A DNA stretch of 64,000 nucleotides. Source: Macrostomum lignano (lineage: Eukaryota). The stretch covers positions 186,001 to 250,000 of the forward strand of contig NIVC01000300.1 in NCBI GenBank assembly GCA_002269645.1, given 5' to 3'. Position numbers and translations under genes: made by a program. Positions 16,621 through 30,500 of the stretch are shown one piece after another (the first letter of the stretch is position 1; every line of letters begins with the position of its first letter). The notes below the pieces were generated by a model. The model did no database searches and was not told the origin of the DNA. It saw nothing but the letters and a program-made list of their open reading frames with translations.

Positions 16621-18077
16621 CGTTTGCATTAGCCTAGGTCTCCTATTCGCAATTCTCACTCTGACAAGCTGAGCACAGAATCACTGATGCTTCTATCTTC
16701 TCAAATTCTAGCACAGCCGTCCCCTAATTCTCTCCCTCCCGCGTCTCCAGCGTCTCAGCTTGTCAAACTTTTTATCAAAATTACCAAACAAGACAGAGGC
16801 AATGACGGCATCAAGCCTGTCAATATATCCTCCCCATTTTGGGAAAATTATCCCACGGATAACAATAGGGGAGAAAACGTTCTGGTTGCTAAAATTAGCT
16901 CGCCTCCGACCTGATGCTTTTTGAAACTTATTGGCATTGACCTGCGTACTTGAAGCTCTACTAAAAGTAGAAAGTTAGAAATTTTATCTACAAATTTAGT
17001 ATGTTCCCAGAAAATTGAGCATTGAAGTGAATTTCTTTCTCGCTTCAATCAGACTCGGTGGCTGCAGCAGGCGCCATCCATCAAGCACTGTTTAACTGCT
17101 TATGCAGCATCGGCTGCGGATCTCCAGTTTATGGATTTATTGTGCATGCACTGGGGAGCAGAGATGCGGAAGCTGAGGGGGCAGCGGAGGGCAATCCGGA
17201 CTCGGGGATTAATCAGACAGACAAACAGGCCAGAGCTGCAGTGCGAACATTCCCAAGAGCAAATATGAGCAGTGCAAGCATGCGTATTGATTACCGATAG
17301 GCTTGGTGGACCCCCCGGCCTCCTCCAGCTGTTGCCCCCAGCCCAAGCCTAATCCCCACGGGGTGGGAGAAAAGTCCAGGCAGGCAGTTTCAAATCCCGC
17401 AAAATTTGCCTTGCAACCGCGGGCTCAACATCCTCAGCTCTGCCCAGTCTCTCCGCTTACTCACAGCTCCTCTCCTCAGGTGCGCTGAGGCGGGCAGCGA
17501 TGGGGATGGAAAATGCCGCGAAAGAGAAGCACAGAAGAAGTTCCTCCTTCAAGGCTGAGTTTCCCAATTAGGGAAGACTGGAGAGGAGGCTGGCTCCTTG
17601 GGGGGGGAGGCGTCTCCTCCTCCTCGTTATGCGGCTGAGACTCCGCGGGGATCCCGGGAGCTGAGGCGGTGGAGGCGCCTGGCATTGAGACTGGATGAAG
17701 GAGGGGCTTCAGCTGCCTCGTTTCCCTCCCCTGAGCCACCCCCCCCCCTATGCTACCCGTTTTATTACGGGACAAATGAGGCCAAATTCCAGATCCCTCA
17801 GCCTGCTGAGTCGGAGGAGACGGCGAGGAAAGAAGGAGGGAAGATTGGGGGAAGGAGGAGGAGCCGGAGGGGTTCTCAAGTACGCGGCTGGTTGCAGCTG
17901 ATGAAGCCAGATTGGGGAGCCTGAGCTGGCCACAGACTTTTGAGCACAAGAAGCTTCTTAAATAAGTCGTTGCACGGGGGCCAACAAGTATTGGGGGGGG
18001 GGAGTTTTCTCTGGGATAAATTTTTGCCTGCCTCAGCCTTGGCCCAGCTGTAGGACTGCAGAATATAGCCCCCCATA

Positions 18078-18805
18078 GGCCCTATAATCCCCATAATCCC
18101 CATCATCCCCATATTCCACATAATCCTCATAATCCCCATAATCCCCATAATCCCCATAATCCCCATAATTCCCATAATCCCTACAATCCCTATAATTCCC
18201 ATAATCCCCATAATCCCCATAATTCCCATAATCCCTACAATCCCTATAATTTCCATAATCCCTGAAATCCCTATAATTCCTATAATCCCTAAAATCCCTA
18301 TAATCCCCATAATCCCTACAATCCCTATATTTCCCATAATCCCCATAATCCCCATAATCCCCATAATCCCCATAATCTCCATAATCCCCATAATCCCCAT
18401 AATCTCCATAACCCCCAAAATCCCCAAATTCCCTATAATCCCTAAAATTCCCATGATCCCTACAATCCCTATAATTCCCATAATCCCTGAAATCCCTATA
18501 ATTCCCATAATCCCTACAATCCCTATAATTCCCATAATCCCTGAAATCCCTATAATTCCTATAATCCCTACAATCCCTATAATTCCCATAATCCCTACAA
18601 TCCCTATATTTCCCTTAATCCCCATAATCCCCATAATCCCCATAATCCCCATAATCTCCATAATCACCATAATCCCCATATTCTCCATAACCCCCAAAAT
18701 CCCCAAATTCCCTATAATCCCTAAAATTCCCATAATCCCTACAATCCCTATAATTCCCATAATCCCCATAATCCCCATAATCCCTATAATACCTATAATC
18801 CCCAT
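18078..18805. repeat. 9-bp minisatellite (CCCATAATC)n with higher-order structure
   Basis: Direct tandem copies. Confidence 0.95.
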
Positions 18806-19034
18806 ATACCATGATTGCAGCTCGAAGCCTAAGACTCAGCCAAAGAGAAAGCCATATGTGATAGAAGCGATAAATGATTCCCGATGGCTACTGGGAGGGA
18901 GCAGAATTAAGTAAGAGGCTGGCCCAGGTTCGACTTCTTCCGGTGATGAGGAGCTGAAGAGATTAATTTTGGGGTGGAAAAAATTTGGTAAATTTATTTC
19001 AGCGTCAAGAGATGCGAAATCGTGAGCTCACAGT

Positions 19035-19395
19035 TTGACTAGATTAGCAATCCATTTGACTAGATTAGCAATCCATTTGACTAGATTAGCAATCCATTTG
19101 GATAGATTAGCAATCCACTTGGATAGATTAGCAATCCATTTGGATAGATTAGCAATCCATTTGGATAGATTAGCAATCCATTTGGATAGATTAGCAATCC
19201 ATTTGGATAGATTAGCAATCCATTTGGATAGATTAGCAATCCATTTGGATAGATTAGCAATCCATTTGGATAGATTAGCAATCCATTTGGATAGATTAGC
19301 AATCCATTTGGATAGATTAGCAATCGATTTGACTAGATTAGCAATCCATTTGGATAGATTAGCAATCCATTTCGATAGATTAGCAATCTATCCAA
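19035..19395. repeat. 21-bp minisatellite GATAGATTAGCAATCCATTTG
   Basis: About 17 units. Confidence 0.95.
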
Positions 19396-20234
19396 ATTAG
19401 AGACGTCATTCCTTTTGACTTGTTTTTCAACGTCTCAAACCGTCCTTTTCCTTTGAATCTTCGGTGGGGATCTGTGGGATTTGTTTTCAGCCTGTTTCGG
19501 GAAGAGTTTTCTCCTGTTTTTTCTCCCAGCCCCGCCGGCCTCCCCGGGAAGAAATTCAGAGGGGAAATCGGCAGGGGGGCAGTGAGGATTCTGGCCTGGC
19601 GCGCTCGGAAAAGTCATAAAATTTTATTTTCGCATTTCTGCCGAAATCTCCTCGGGATCTCGATGGACGCAGCTCCCCAAGCCTAATCGCCTGCTCAGGC
19701 CTCAGTGTGCTCAGCTCAGAGGCCCAGCCAGCCCGGGGCTGCCGTGTACTTTCCGCCGAGGCCCAACATGAAGTGTCGCTGCGGCCCAGCAGCCGCGGTG
19801 CTTCATTCCACAATTCGCTCAACAATTTTTTATTCGCTTGTCTGGCTGAGAGCCTCCAGGGAAGCCCATTTCAGCCTGAGTCTACTGAATTATTCTCGCG
19901 GCGCTACTCAAATCCCCACTTGTCTCCGAGAGGCCCGCAGGTCTCCAGCTCAAGCCACTTGGAGACATTTTTTTACTCTCCCGCATAAATAATTCAGCTG
20001 GATGGAGACTGCGGACTCCGCCGGGCTCTGCGCGGGCCTCTGTTTCTTAGAAACGCACACAGGATTTTAAATTGATTTCTTAGAATTTCGTTTTCAAAAG
20101 CGTGATTTCTTGTTTGGGGTTAGTCTTAATAGATTATTTCTTCAAATAGATTTTTTATCAATACTCAGCTTTGATTCTGAAAGAGTTATAAATCTGCATT
20201 TCTTCATACAACTCCAGAAGAAAATTGATATTAT

Positions 20235-21010
20235 TCTAATCCACTCTGATCCAATTGTTCGTGTTTGGCTAGATTAGCAATCCACTCTAATCCAATTGTT
20301 CAAGTTTGGCTAGATTAGCAATCCAATCTGATCCAATGGTTCGTGTTTGGCTAGATTAGCAATCCACTCTGATCCAACTGTTCGTGTTTGGCTAGATTAG
20401 CAATCCACTCTGATCCAATGGTTCGTGTTTGGCTAGATTAGCAATCCACTCCGATCCAACTGTTCGTGTTTGGCTAGATTAGCAATCCACTCTGATCCAA
20501 CTGTTCGTGTTTGGCTAGATTAGCAATCCACTCTGATCCAATGGTTCGTGTTTGGCTAGATTAGCAATCCAATCTGATCCAATGGTTCGTGTTTGGCTAG
20601 ATTAGCAATCCACTCTGATCCAACTGTTCGTGTTTGGCTAGATTAGCAATCCACTCTGATCCAATGGTTCGTGTTTGGCTAGATTAGCAATCCAATCTGA
20701 TCCAATGGTTCGTGTTTGGCTAGATTAGCAATCCACTCTGATCCAACTGTTCGTGTTTGGCTAGATTAGCAATCCACTCTGATCCAATGGTTCGTGTTTG
20801 GCTAGATTAGCAATCCACTCCGATCCAACTGTTCGTGTTTGGCTAGATTAGCAATCCACTCTGATCCAACTGTTCGTGTTTGGCTAGATTAGCAATCCAC
20901 TCTGATCCAATGGTTCGTGTTTGGCTAGATTAGCAATCCACTCTGATCCAATGTTTCGTGTTTGGCTAGATTAGCAATCCACTCTGATCCAATGGTTCGT
21001 GTTTGGCTAG
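20235..21010. repeat. 41-bp minisatellite GGCTAGATTAGCAATCCACTCTGATCCAATGGTTCGTGTTT
   Basis: About 18 units; shares TAGATTAGCAATCCA with the 19-kb array. Confidence 0.95.
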
Positions 21011-21505
21011 GTTCTGTTGAAATTCTTCCCTGCTGGCTAGACTAGCAATCCATTGTAATCCCTGACGGAGCGGACCTGACTGCCCAGCCGCGTGGCAGAC
21101 CCGGAAGCGATATTCCGGCAGCAGAGGCGATGGAGCCGGTCCCGTCTTCCCACACGGCAAGCCTCCAAGTCCGGTTGCTCAGAGGCGTCGGCACAGCGGG
21201 GGGGTGGACGCCGCGGCTCCTTCGCCGGATTTGCCCCCTCCTTGGGAGCCATTCAACCGTGGCGCGCCCGGCCCCGGCGGTTCTTGAGAGGCGGGGGGGT
21301 GGCTGAGTTGGGAAGAGGGAGAGGGAGAGGCGGAGGGGAGGGAAGGAGAATGGGAAAATGACTACAAGAGCCCCTGCAGGCCGCGCCGCTGCCAGGAGAG
21401 CCTCCACTTCATTTCCCCGGCAACCAGGGCTCGCAGCCGCAGCCCCAGCTTGAGAAGTTTCGCGGCGGATTAGTCTCTAAGAAAATCAGATTGGTCGGAT
21501 TAGCA

Positions 21506-24500
21506 ATGGCGAGTTTGCCGGTTTTATTGACGTTGCTGTTGGCGACTTGGGCTGCTCTGCTTGGCTGGCAAGCCGCTCACTGCAAGCAAAACGGTGAGTT
21601 TCTTATTGATTGAGACTGTTCAGGGATTAGTGCTCAGATTTCGAACCTTCAATGGGAATTTCTTGGATTTTTGGAATTTTCCGGAGAGGCAAATTTAAAG
21701 ACGAGTTACAAGTACTTAGATGGCTAGACCTTCAGAGGGTTAATAACTCATTCAAGCCTTCAGGGGGAATAAAAGTTAACTGAACCTTCAGGGGGAATAA
21801 AAAGCTATTCAAGCTTCAGGAGTAATAGAAAGTCGTCTAAACCTTCAGGGAGAATGCAAAGTTGTCCAAAACTTCAGGGGTAATCGAAAGTCGTCTAAAC
21901 CTTCAGGGAGAATACAAAGTTGTCCAAAACTTCAGGGGTAATCGAAAGTCGTCTAAACCTTCAGGGAGAATACAAAGTTTTCCAAAACTTCAGGGGTAAT
22001 AGAAAATCGTCTAAACCTTCAGGGAGAATGCAAAGTTGTCCAAAACTTCAGGGGTAATCGAAAGTCGTCTAAACCTTCAGGGAGAATACAAAGTTGTCCA
22101 AAACTTCAGGGGTAATCGAAAGTCGTCTAAACCTTCAGGGAGAATACAAAGTTTTCCAAAACTTCAGGGGTAATAGAAAATCGTCTAAACCTTCAGGGAG
22201 AATGCAAAGTTGTCCAAAACTTCAGGGGTAATCGAAAGTCGTCTAAACCTTTAGGGAGAATACAAAGTTTTCCAAAACTTCAGGGGTAATAGAAAGTCGT
22301 CTAAACCTTCAGGGAGAATGCAAAGTTGTCCAAAACTTCAGGGGTAATCGAAAGTCGTCTAAACCTTCTGGGAGAATACAAAGTTGTCCAAAACTTCAGG
22401 GGTAATAGTCAGCCGAGTTCATAAAAAGACAGAAAAACTGAGACATCAGCTTGCCTCCCGCGTCGGAAAAAGTTTGCCCAACACCGAATTTTGTCGACGT
22501 CTCCATAAATAATGCCTCCCCCATCCGATGCAGATGGAGAGCCCAGCCTCATTAATTTGCACCGCTCAACTGAAGCTCTGAGCCCCCGTTCGAGACCCTT
22601 CTCTCTTTCTCTCTCTTTCTAGCTCTCTTCGCTTTACTTCTCTCCTCAGGGAAATTAGTCCTGGCCTTGGAGAACCGCTAGCGACCAATTTTATGGCTTC
22701 ATCTGGACTCGAGACTCGCGCAGCCTCCGGTCTAGACTAGTCTTGGCCTCAGATCCTCTGTCCTACGAGAAATCCCCCCAAATCCTCATTTGGATCGACT
22801 GAAATACAGAGAAACAGCTGATTTTTAGACTGTCCTGTGCCTTCTACTCTACTGCTAGTAGGGCTGGACAGGCAGAGGGAATCTCTCTCAGATGAGCATG
22901 GACTCAATGGGGAATCTCTCTCAGATGAGCATGGACTCAATGGGGAATCTCTCTCAGATGATCATGGACTCAATGGGGAATCTCTCTCAGATGAGCATGG
23001 ACTCAATGGGGAATCTCTCTCAGATGATCATGGACTCAATGGGGAATCTCTCTCAGATGATCATGGACTCAATGGGGAATCTCTCTCAGATGATCATGGA
23101 CTCAATGGGGAATCTCTCTCAGATAAGCATGGACTCAATGGGGAATCTCTCTCATATGAGCATGGACTCAATGGGGAATCTCTCTCAGATAAGCACGGAC
23201 TCAATGGGGAATCTCTCTCAGATAAGCATGGACTCAATGGGGAATCTCTCAGATAAGCAAGGACTCAATGGGGAATCTCTCAGATAAGCAAGGACTCAAT
23301 GGGGAATCTCTCTCAGATGAGCATGGACTCAATGGAGAATCTCTCTCACCCAGTATAGTCTGGATATATTTCTAAAGACACTTCTCCCTTGCTACCAAGC
23401 AGTAGTATGAACTGCACTTTAGCTGCAAAAAATGTGTGGACAGGAAAATCAGAAAAGAAGCAAAAAGCAAGGCATGCTTCGGAGGGAAAATTTTCAGTCT
23501 CTTCACTCGGTTTCGGACAAGAAATTCGCGGCCGAACCAAAAAAGTGGAGGGTTCGAAAGGGTTTTTTGCCGTCCACCTGGCTTGATCGCTTTTTCATAA
23601 TCATAATCATAACAAGCAGAGAAAATGCAGTCACATCGGTCACGTGCCTGCGGTGCTTCTTCCTTTAAATTCTTTTGCCGAGAGGCGGATCAGAGAGCCG
23701 AATCCTTTGACATCAGGGGGTGGCGGCTCGGGCACAAAGGAAGCTGCAGAGGGGCGGATTAGATGGAGCAATCTGAGTTGGGGATTCTGTTTCATGCCTA
23801 TTCTCAATGCCAAAATTTGAGCTGTAGGGATTTGTATGTAAACAGGGCGATTTTTTTATGGACTAAAATTCCTGCAGTAAAACGTGTGTTCAGAGAATTT
23901 GAAGCTTATGAAGCCACGGACACACCACGGATGCACCATGGACACACCATGGACACACCATGGACACACCATGGACACACCATGGACTCACCACGGACAC
24001 ACCACGGATGCACCATGGACACACCATGGACACACTATGGAATACGCTCGTACCGTGACACAACATGGACACAACTGATGCCATGGACACACCATGGTCA
24101 CAGCTGATACCACAGACACACAGCTAATACCACAGACACACAGCTAATACCACAGACACACAGCTGATACCACAGACACACAGCTAATACCACAGACACA
24201 CAGCTAATACCACAGACACACAGCTGATACCACAGACACACAGCTGATACCACAGACACACAGCTAATACCACAGACACACAGCTGATACCACAGACACA
24301 CAGCTGATACCACAGACACACAGCTGATACCACAGACACACAGCTGATATCACAGACACACAGCTGATACCACAGACACACAGCTGAGACACACAGCTGA
24401 TACCACAGACACACAGCTAATACCACAGACACACAGCTCATACCACAGACACACAGCTGATACCACAGACACAGCTGATACCACAGACACACAGCTGATA

Positions 24501-27500
24501 CCACAGACACACAGCTGATATCACAGACACACAGCTGATACCACAGACACACAGCTGATACCACAGACACACAGCTAATACCACAGACACACAGCTGATA
24601 CCACAGACACACAGCTGATACCACAGACACACAGCTGATACCACAGACACACAGCTGATACCACAGACACACAGCTGATACCACAGACACACAGCTGATA
24701 CCACAGACACACAGCTGATACCACAGACACACAGCTGATACTACAGACACACAGACACATAAAGATGCCTAATCTATGGACAGATTTAAGCCAGTTTTCG
24801 ACATTTTTATTATTTTATTTGAGCACAAGAGGGAAAGCACAAGGCCTGAATTCCATTCAGCATTTCCTGACGCGAGATTAACGCGGGATTAACAGATTAA
24901 CGGGCTCGCCAGTAAACTGGGGCCGTCGCTCTGTCAATGGCCGCCTTCCTGTCCTCTTCGCTCTGGCAAGCAGGAAGCGCCACCCGGCTTTCACGGCGAT
25001 AGGAAGTGGCTTCTGACTCCCAGCTCCCCTCTCGGCAGTTAATTATTCAGGTATTGGGGGAGAAAGGAAGTGCTGGATCAGCTGGCAGAGGGGGGAGCAC
25101 AGGAAGAAGGGATTATTTGCCAGTTGACTTTGAATGCTTCGAAGAAACACACACAGAGTGCCGGCCTGCAAGGCGTGGCGGGGATCTGGGAGCTCTGGTC
25201 GGATCCGGGATCGGGCACCACTGCAATACATTATTGATTTTATTCGCCTCCCCCTTGTTTCGCACCAGTTCAAGAGGCTGCATAATTTACTGCCGCTATC
25301 TAGGAGCTAGTGTAGCCCCACCTTCTGAATGAGTTCAGGCCGGGGACGTCTGAATGCCTGGACTGGAAAGCCGCCAACAATGTTGGAAGCTCAGGCAGTA
25401 AAACTTTGCGGACATAAAATTGTTCGAAGCAAAACTGAGGCTGAATTTGTCCTGCACTACCCCCCCCCCAGATTTTTATCCCCAACTGATGGATGACCAA
25501 AACTCCTCCCTGTGCCCCAGTAGCAGCCATTGAAGCTGCTTTTCATTTGAGCAGCTGGGCGCGCGTCTCATGCCTTGCTTAGTCCGAGGCCTGCCTCGAG
25601 TTAATCCTCCAGTTTGATTACTTCGCATGATGGGCCGGCCTGATAGAGACGGAGGTAGGGGCAGGCAGACAGATAGCTGGAGTAGGGAGTGGCGCGGCAG
25701 CTCAGGAGGCTGTCACCCTGTGTTTGCGTCCTCGATGTTGCACTGCTTGGGATATGGGATCTGACAGACAAGCCATTTTCTGGGAGGCCTCTTCCCCGAT
25801 CTCCTCTCCCGGAACAGAGTCCGAACTCTCTAAGGCAGCTCTCCCCCTCGGGGCAGAGCCCGGGAGGGGTGGCTGGACATTCGAACTCAAAACTCGAGCC
25901 AAAAGTTGAGTGTCACGCGTGATGCTGCATGATTAGAAAGGTGGGCGAGCTGAGGAGTTAGGGGCAGAGATCTGATCGCCACCTTGTACTGGACTCTTCA
26001 TTTTGCTTTGATACTTTTATCAAAGCACAGATATTCGAGGTTTTAGGTCCATGACATTTTTTAGCTTGTGCGATGTGCTTGGTCTTCGTCGACATGACAT
26101 TTCCAGCTTGTGCGATGTGCTTGGTCTTCGTCGACATGACATTTCCAGCTTGTGCGATGTGCTTGGTCTTCGTCGACATGACATTTCCAGCTTGTGCGAT
26201 GTGCTTGGTCTTCGTCGACATGACATTTCCAGCGTGTGCGATGTGCTTGGTCTTCGTCGACATGACATTTCCAGCTTGTGCGATGTGCTTGGTCTTCGTC
26301 GACATGACATTTCCAGCGTGTGCGATGTGCTTGGTCTTCGTCGACATGACATTTCCAGCTTGTGCGATGTGCTTGGTCTTCGTCGACATGACATTTCCAG
26401 CTTGTGTGATGTGCTTGGTCTTCGTCGACATGACATTTCCAGCTTGTGTGATGTGCTTGGTCTTCGTCGACATGACATTTCCAGCTTGTGCGATGTGCTT
26501 GGTCTTCGTCGACATGACATTTCCAGCTTGTGCGATGTGCTTGGTCTTCGTCGACATGACATTTCCAGCTTGTGCGATGTGCTTGGTCTTCGTCGACATG
26601 ACATTTCCAGCGTGTGCGATGTGCTTGGTCTTCGTCGACATGACATTTCCAGCTTGTGCGATGTGCTTGGTCTTCGTCGACATGACATTTCCAGCTTGTG
26701 CGATGTGCTTGGTCTTCGTCGACATGACATTTCCAGCGTGTGCGATGTGCTTTGTCTTCGTCGACATGACATTTCCAGCGTGTGCGATGTGCTTGGTCTT
26801 CGTCGACATGACATTTCCAGCGTGTGCGATGTGCTTTGTCTTCGTCGACATGACATTTCCAGCGTGTGCGATGTGCTTGGTCTTCGTCGACATGACATTT
26901 CCAGCTTGTGCGATGTGCTTGGTCTTCGTCGACATGACATTTCCAGCTTGTGCGATGTGCTTGGTCTTCGTCGACATGACATTTCCAGCTTGTGTGATGT
27001 GCTTGGTCTTCATCGACATGACATTTTCAGCTTGTGCAATGTGCTTGGTCTTCGTCGACATGACATTTCCAGCTTGTGTGATGTGTTTGGTCATCGAAGA
27101 CACGATATTCCCAGCAAGTGAATCGCGAATCCCTTTTTAAATTTTAGATTGCATGTTTATTGAAGCGTGTGCAGAAAAAAGCACCTAAAATTTATAGGAA
27201 AGCTTAAATATAGAGTTCAATATCAGGAGCATAGAGACCCTGCAGTTAATGCGTTTTTGCTTCTCAATTTTTTCAACTCAACGCTTTGAACCCTGCCGCA
27301 GAGCCCTCCTCAGTTCTGTTCAGAGTCTGCCTCCCCCTTCTGTCTAGTATTGTGTTCACCTCTGCTCCTTGGCAAAAAGCGGCACAGATGCGGAGAGAAG
27401 GGCGAGAGAGCAGGGAGACAGGAAGCGAATTGAAATTGGCGCTTCTTGTGGCGCCGCGACTCAAATCCGTGCCGGCAGGAGAGTTCGGGAAAATCGGGCA

Positions 27501-30500
27501 GCGAGACGCGGAAAGCAGCTGTGATTACTTAATTAGGACCCGGCGAGGGGTTAATCAAATGAAAACGCAAAAAAAGAGAAAAAAAAGCGATGGGAGGACG
27601 TTCCAGCAATCGCGGAGCTCTCCTCTCCCTCTCGGCCCCTCTCCCCCTCCCCCTGTTTTCTTTCTATTTTCCCCGAGTGCTGCATCAATGCTTGGGCAGG
27701 CTGTGCACTGAGGCTCTGGATGTGCCGGCCCGACCCTTGCCCGCCAGTGTACAGGCTCGCCAGAAGCAAGCGGCTACTAGCCTGAAGGCCTTGCAGCTCT
27801 CTGCCTCTCGAAGCCCAGGGCTGCAGTCAGTCTGTTTAGCAAGACGTTAATCTTTATTTTTTGGAGCGCAGAAATAATGCCAGAAGAACATCAAAGAAGA
27901 AAGAGAGGCGAGGGAGGCATTGCGGCACACTTGGCTGAGCAAAGCAAATTAAGTCACAAGCTGAGATGCTGGCTAGTGTTTCTGATCGATGGCTAACAAG
28001 CTTGAATGCTTTTTGACTTAGTGCTGGCTGACTTAGCACATTGCTACCGACATGTAGAGTAAATTACTTTAAGGCTCTCGAAACCTTTTAGATAATTTGA
28101 AATCACTTCAATTACAGAGTCTGACGCACAGAGGCTGGAGGTCCCCTGCGACAAACCTCATTGCGCTGCAGTTTGAGATTTTCCAATTCATTAATGTGGC
28201 TGGGAGAGACGCATTCAATGCTATATTAAAAATCTAAATATGAAGCTTCATCTGACAGAATCAGCAGCCAGTCGATAGAGATGGATAATTAATTGAAATC
28301 GCTACGGGGGGCATCGGCGTGGGTTCTACACAATGCAGCAGAGAATTTTTGAGCTGCACACCATCCATCATCTATCCAGAATCCTACGCTGCCTCATCAT
28401 CATTGCTGATTTCGCTCCCGCCAGCCCCAACAACACCCTCCTGCGGCGGAGGCTCTCGGGCTGAATAAGTGGGCATCTGGCTGAGAGAGGGATCGGACAG
28501 ACAGGCGGAGGCGGGCAGGCGGACGGGAAGTTTCCCGCTAATGGCGGTCAAATGCCCGCAGCATCTGAGTGGGAGGGGGTTCGGGCCGGGTAGCCCAAGT
28601 CCTTGTTTTCTAACAGCGCCTCCCCCCTCTCTTCCATAAAATATCCCACCAGCCCTCAGTCCACGGTAGCAGATCGCCTGTCTGCGCAGCCTGCACCAGC
28701 CGCTTTAACTATCGTTTTGTTCCACCCTCACTGCTCCCTCCCTTCCTCCCCTCTCCTATCTCTCTCCACCATACTGACTGCAGTGCATTGGCCTTGGGTC
28801 GTAAGTTTCAAACGCAAGCAAGCAGTACTTCGGGCGCAATGAGCGTTGGCCGCTGAACTGTCTGTAGTGCGCCAGAGCCTACCCTAAGCCCCCGTTTGTC
28901 CTCCCACCAGCCAATCAGCCGCCAGCTCTGTCCCCCAACTCCCGTCTCTCTCTGGATAATAAAATTCTCCTAAAACGTTTGTCTCTGTGGCGTTTTTGGT
29001 TTCTGTCTTTATCCATACGGAGCGCATTGAAAGTGCTTTTAGTACAATCAGTAGTTTTACTATACCGATCATTATACAGCATTGAGTAGCTGCTTGACAA
29101 TGCGGGCCCTCTGGCTAGCGGTGACAGTGCTATTTGTTCAGTTTAGTAAGCCTCCTCGCAGTCGCTGAGTTGTTATAAATTTTACTAAAACGAAGCCGAA
29201 AAAATGACCTGTCAATCCGGTTTTATTGCAGAGTCGATCGCACTGTCAGACGAGAAGACGCTGATCAAGAAGATTCTGTTGGACTACAAAACAGCCGGCG
29301 TCGATGGCAGGCCGGTGCAGAACACCACAGATGTGGTCACCGTGCAGTTCGGCCTGGGCCTGATCCAGATCCTTGACCTGGACGAGAAGAACCAGGTCCT
29401 CACCATCAAAGTCTGGTCAAGATTTGTGAGTTGTGTAACTTTTATCTGCATGCAATGTACGATGTCTTCGTGTATAGAGACAGACAACCTCTATGGGAAA
29501 GAAAATGCCAGGCTCCAGTAAAAAAATCGATTTTGGTTAGTTATTCTTTCTTACGAGTAGAAGCTAGCACGAAACTGTTTGAAAAGTACGCTTTTCCGTT
29601 TGCGCAAACAGCAATTGAGTAATGTCTAAAATTGTAACAAATTCCAGTCATGGACAGATCAGCTTTTGCAGTGGAACGCGACACAGTACAATGGCGTGTC
29701 CGAAGTTCGAATCCCGACTAGAGACGTCTGGACGCCGGACATCGTGCTTTACAATTAGTGAGTGCAGACTTTTACCACCAATGACAAGGAGAGCGTGTCT
29801 TCGTGTTAAGTGGAGCTTCTCTGACCGCGACAGCCTAAGCCAACCCTGGGACAGCCCTAACCAACCCTGCGACAGCCCTAAGCCAACCCTGCGACAGCCC
29901 TAAGCCACCCTGGGATAGCCCTAACCAACCCTGCGACAGCCCTAAGCCAACCCTGGGACAGCCCTAAGCCAACCCTGCGACAGCCCTAACCAACCCTGCG
30001 ACAGCCCTAAGCCAACCCTGGGACATACCCGGTACTGTAAAACGTTATTCAATGGACTCAACGACCTCTCTCTCCAAATCCGCTCTCCAGTGCCGACGAG
30101 CGTCTCAAAGAGCAGCGCGAGGTGATGATTGTGACGAACCACACAGGCCGGGTGATCTGGATCCCCCCAGCAATCTACAAGTCCACCTGCCAGGTAGACA
30201 TCACCAACTTTCCATTCGATCAGCAGAGTTGTCACCTAAAATTCGGCAGCTGGACCTACGACGGATTTAAGCTGGACATCCAGTTCTATCAGAACAAGTC
30301 CAACATCAGCACGGATGACTACATCCAGTCCAACGAGTGGCACATTGTGGCCCTGCCCGCCACCAGGAATGTCAAGTTCTACCCCTGCTGCAACGAGCCC
30401 TACCCGGACCTCACCTTCTTTCTGTTGTAAGTTGCATTGATTAGTGCTGAAATTCACAACCAATACACTACAGGCTCTGTAGTGCACGCTAATCTACTAC

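Noticed and set aside
19035-27100. Arrays with 21-58-bp units that superficially resemble CRISPR repeats
   Set aside because: The units are head-to-tail with no unique spacers, there are no cas genes, and the context is eukaryotic.
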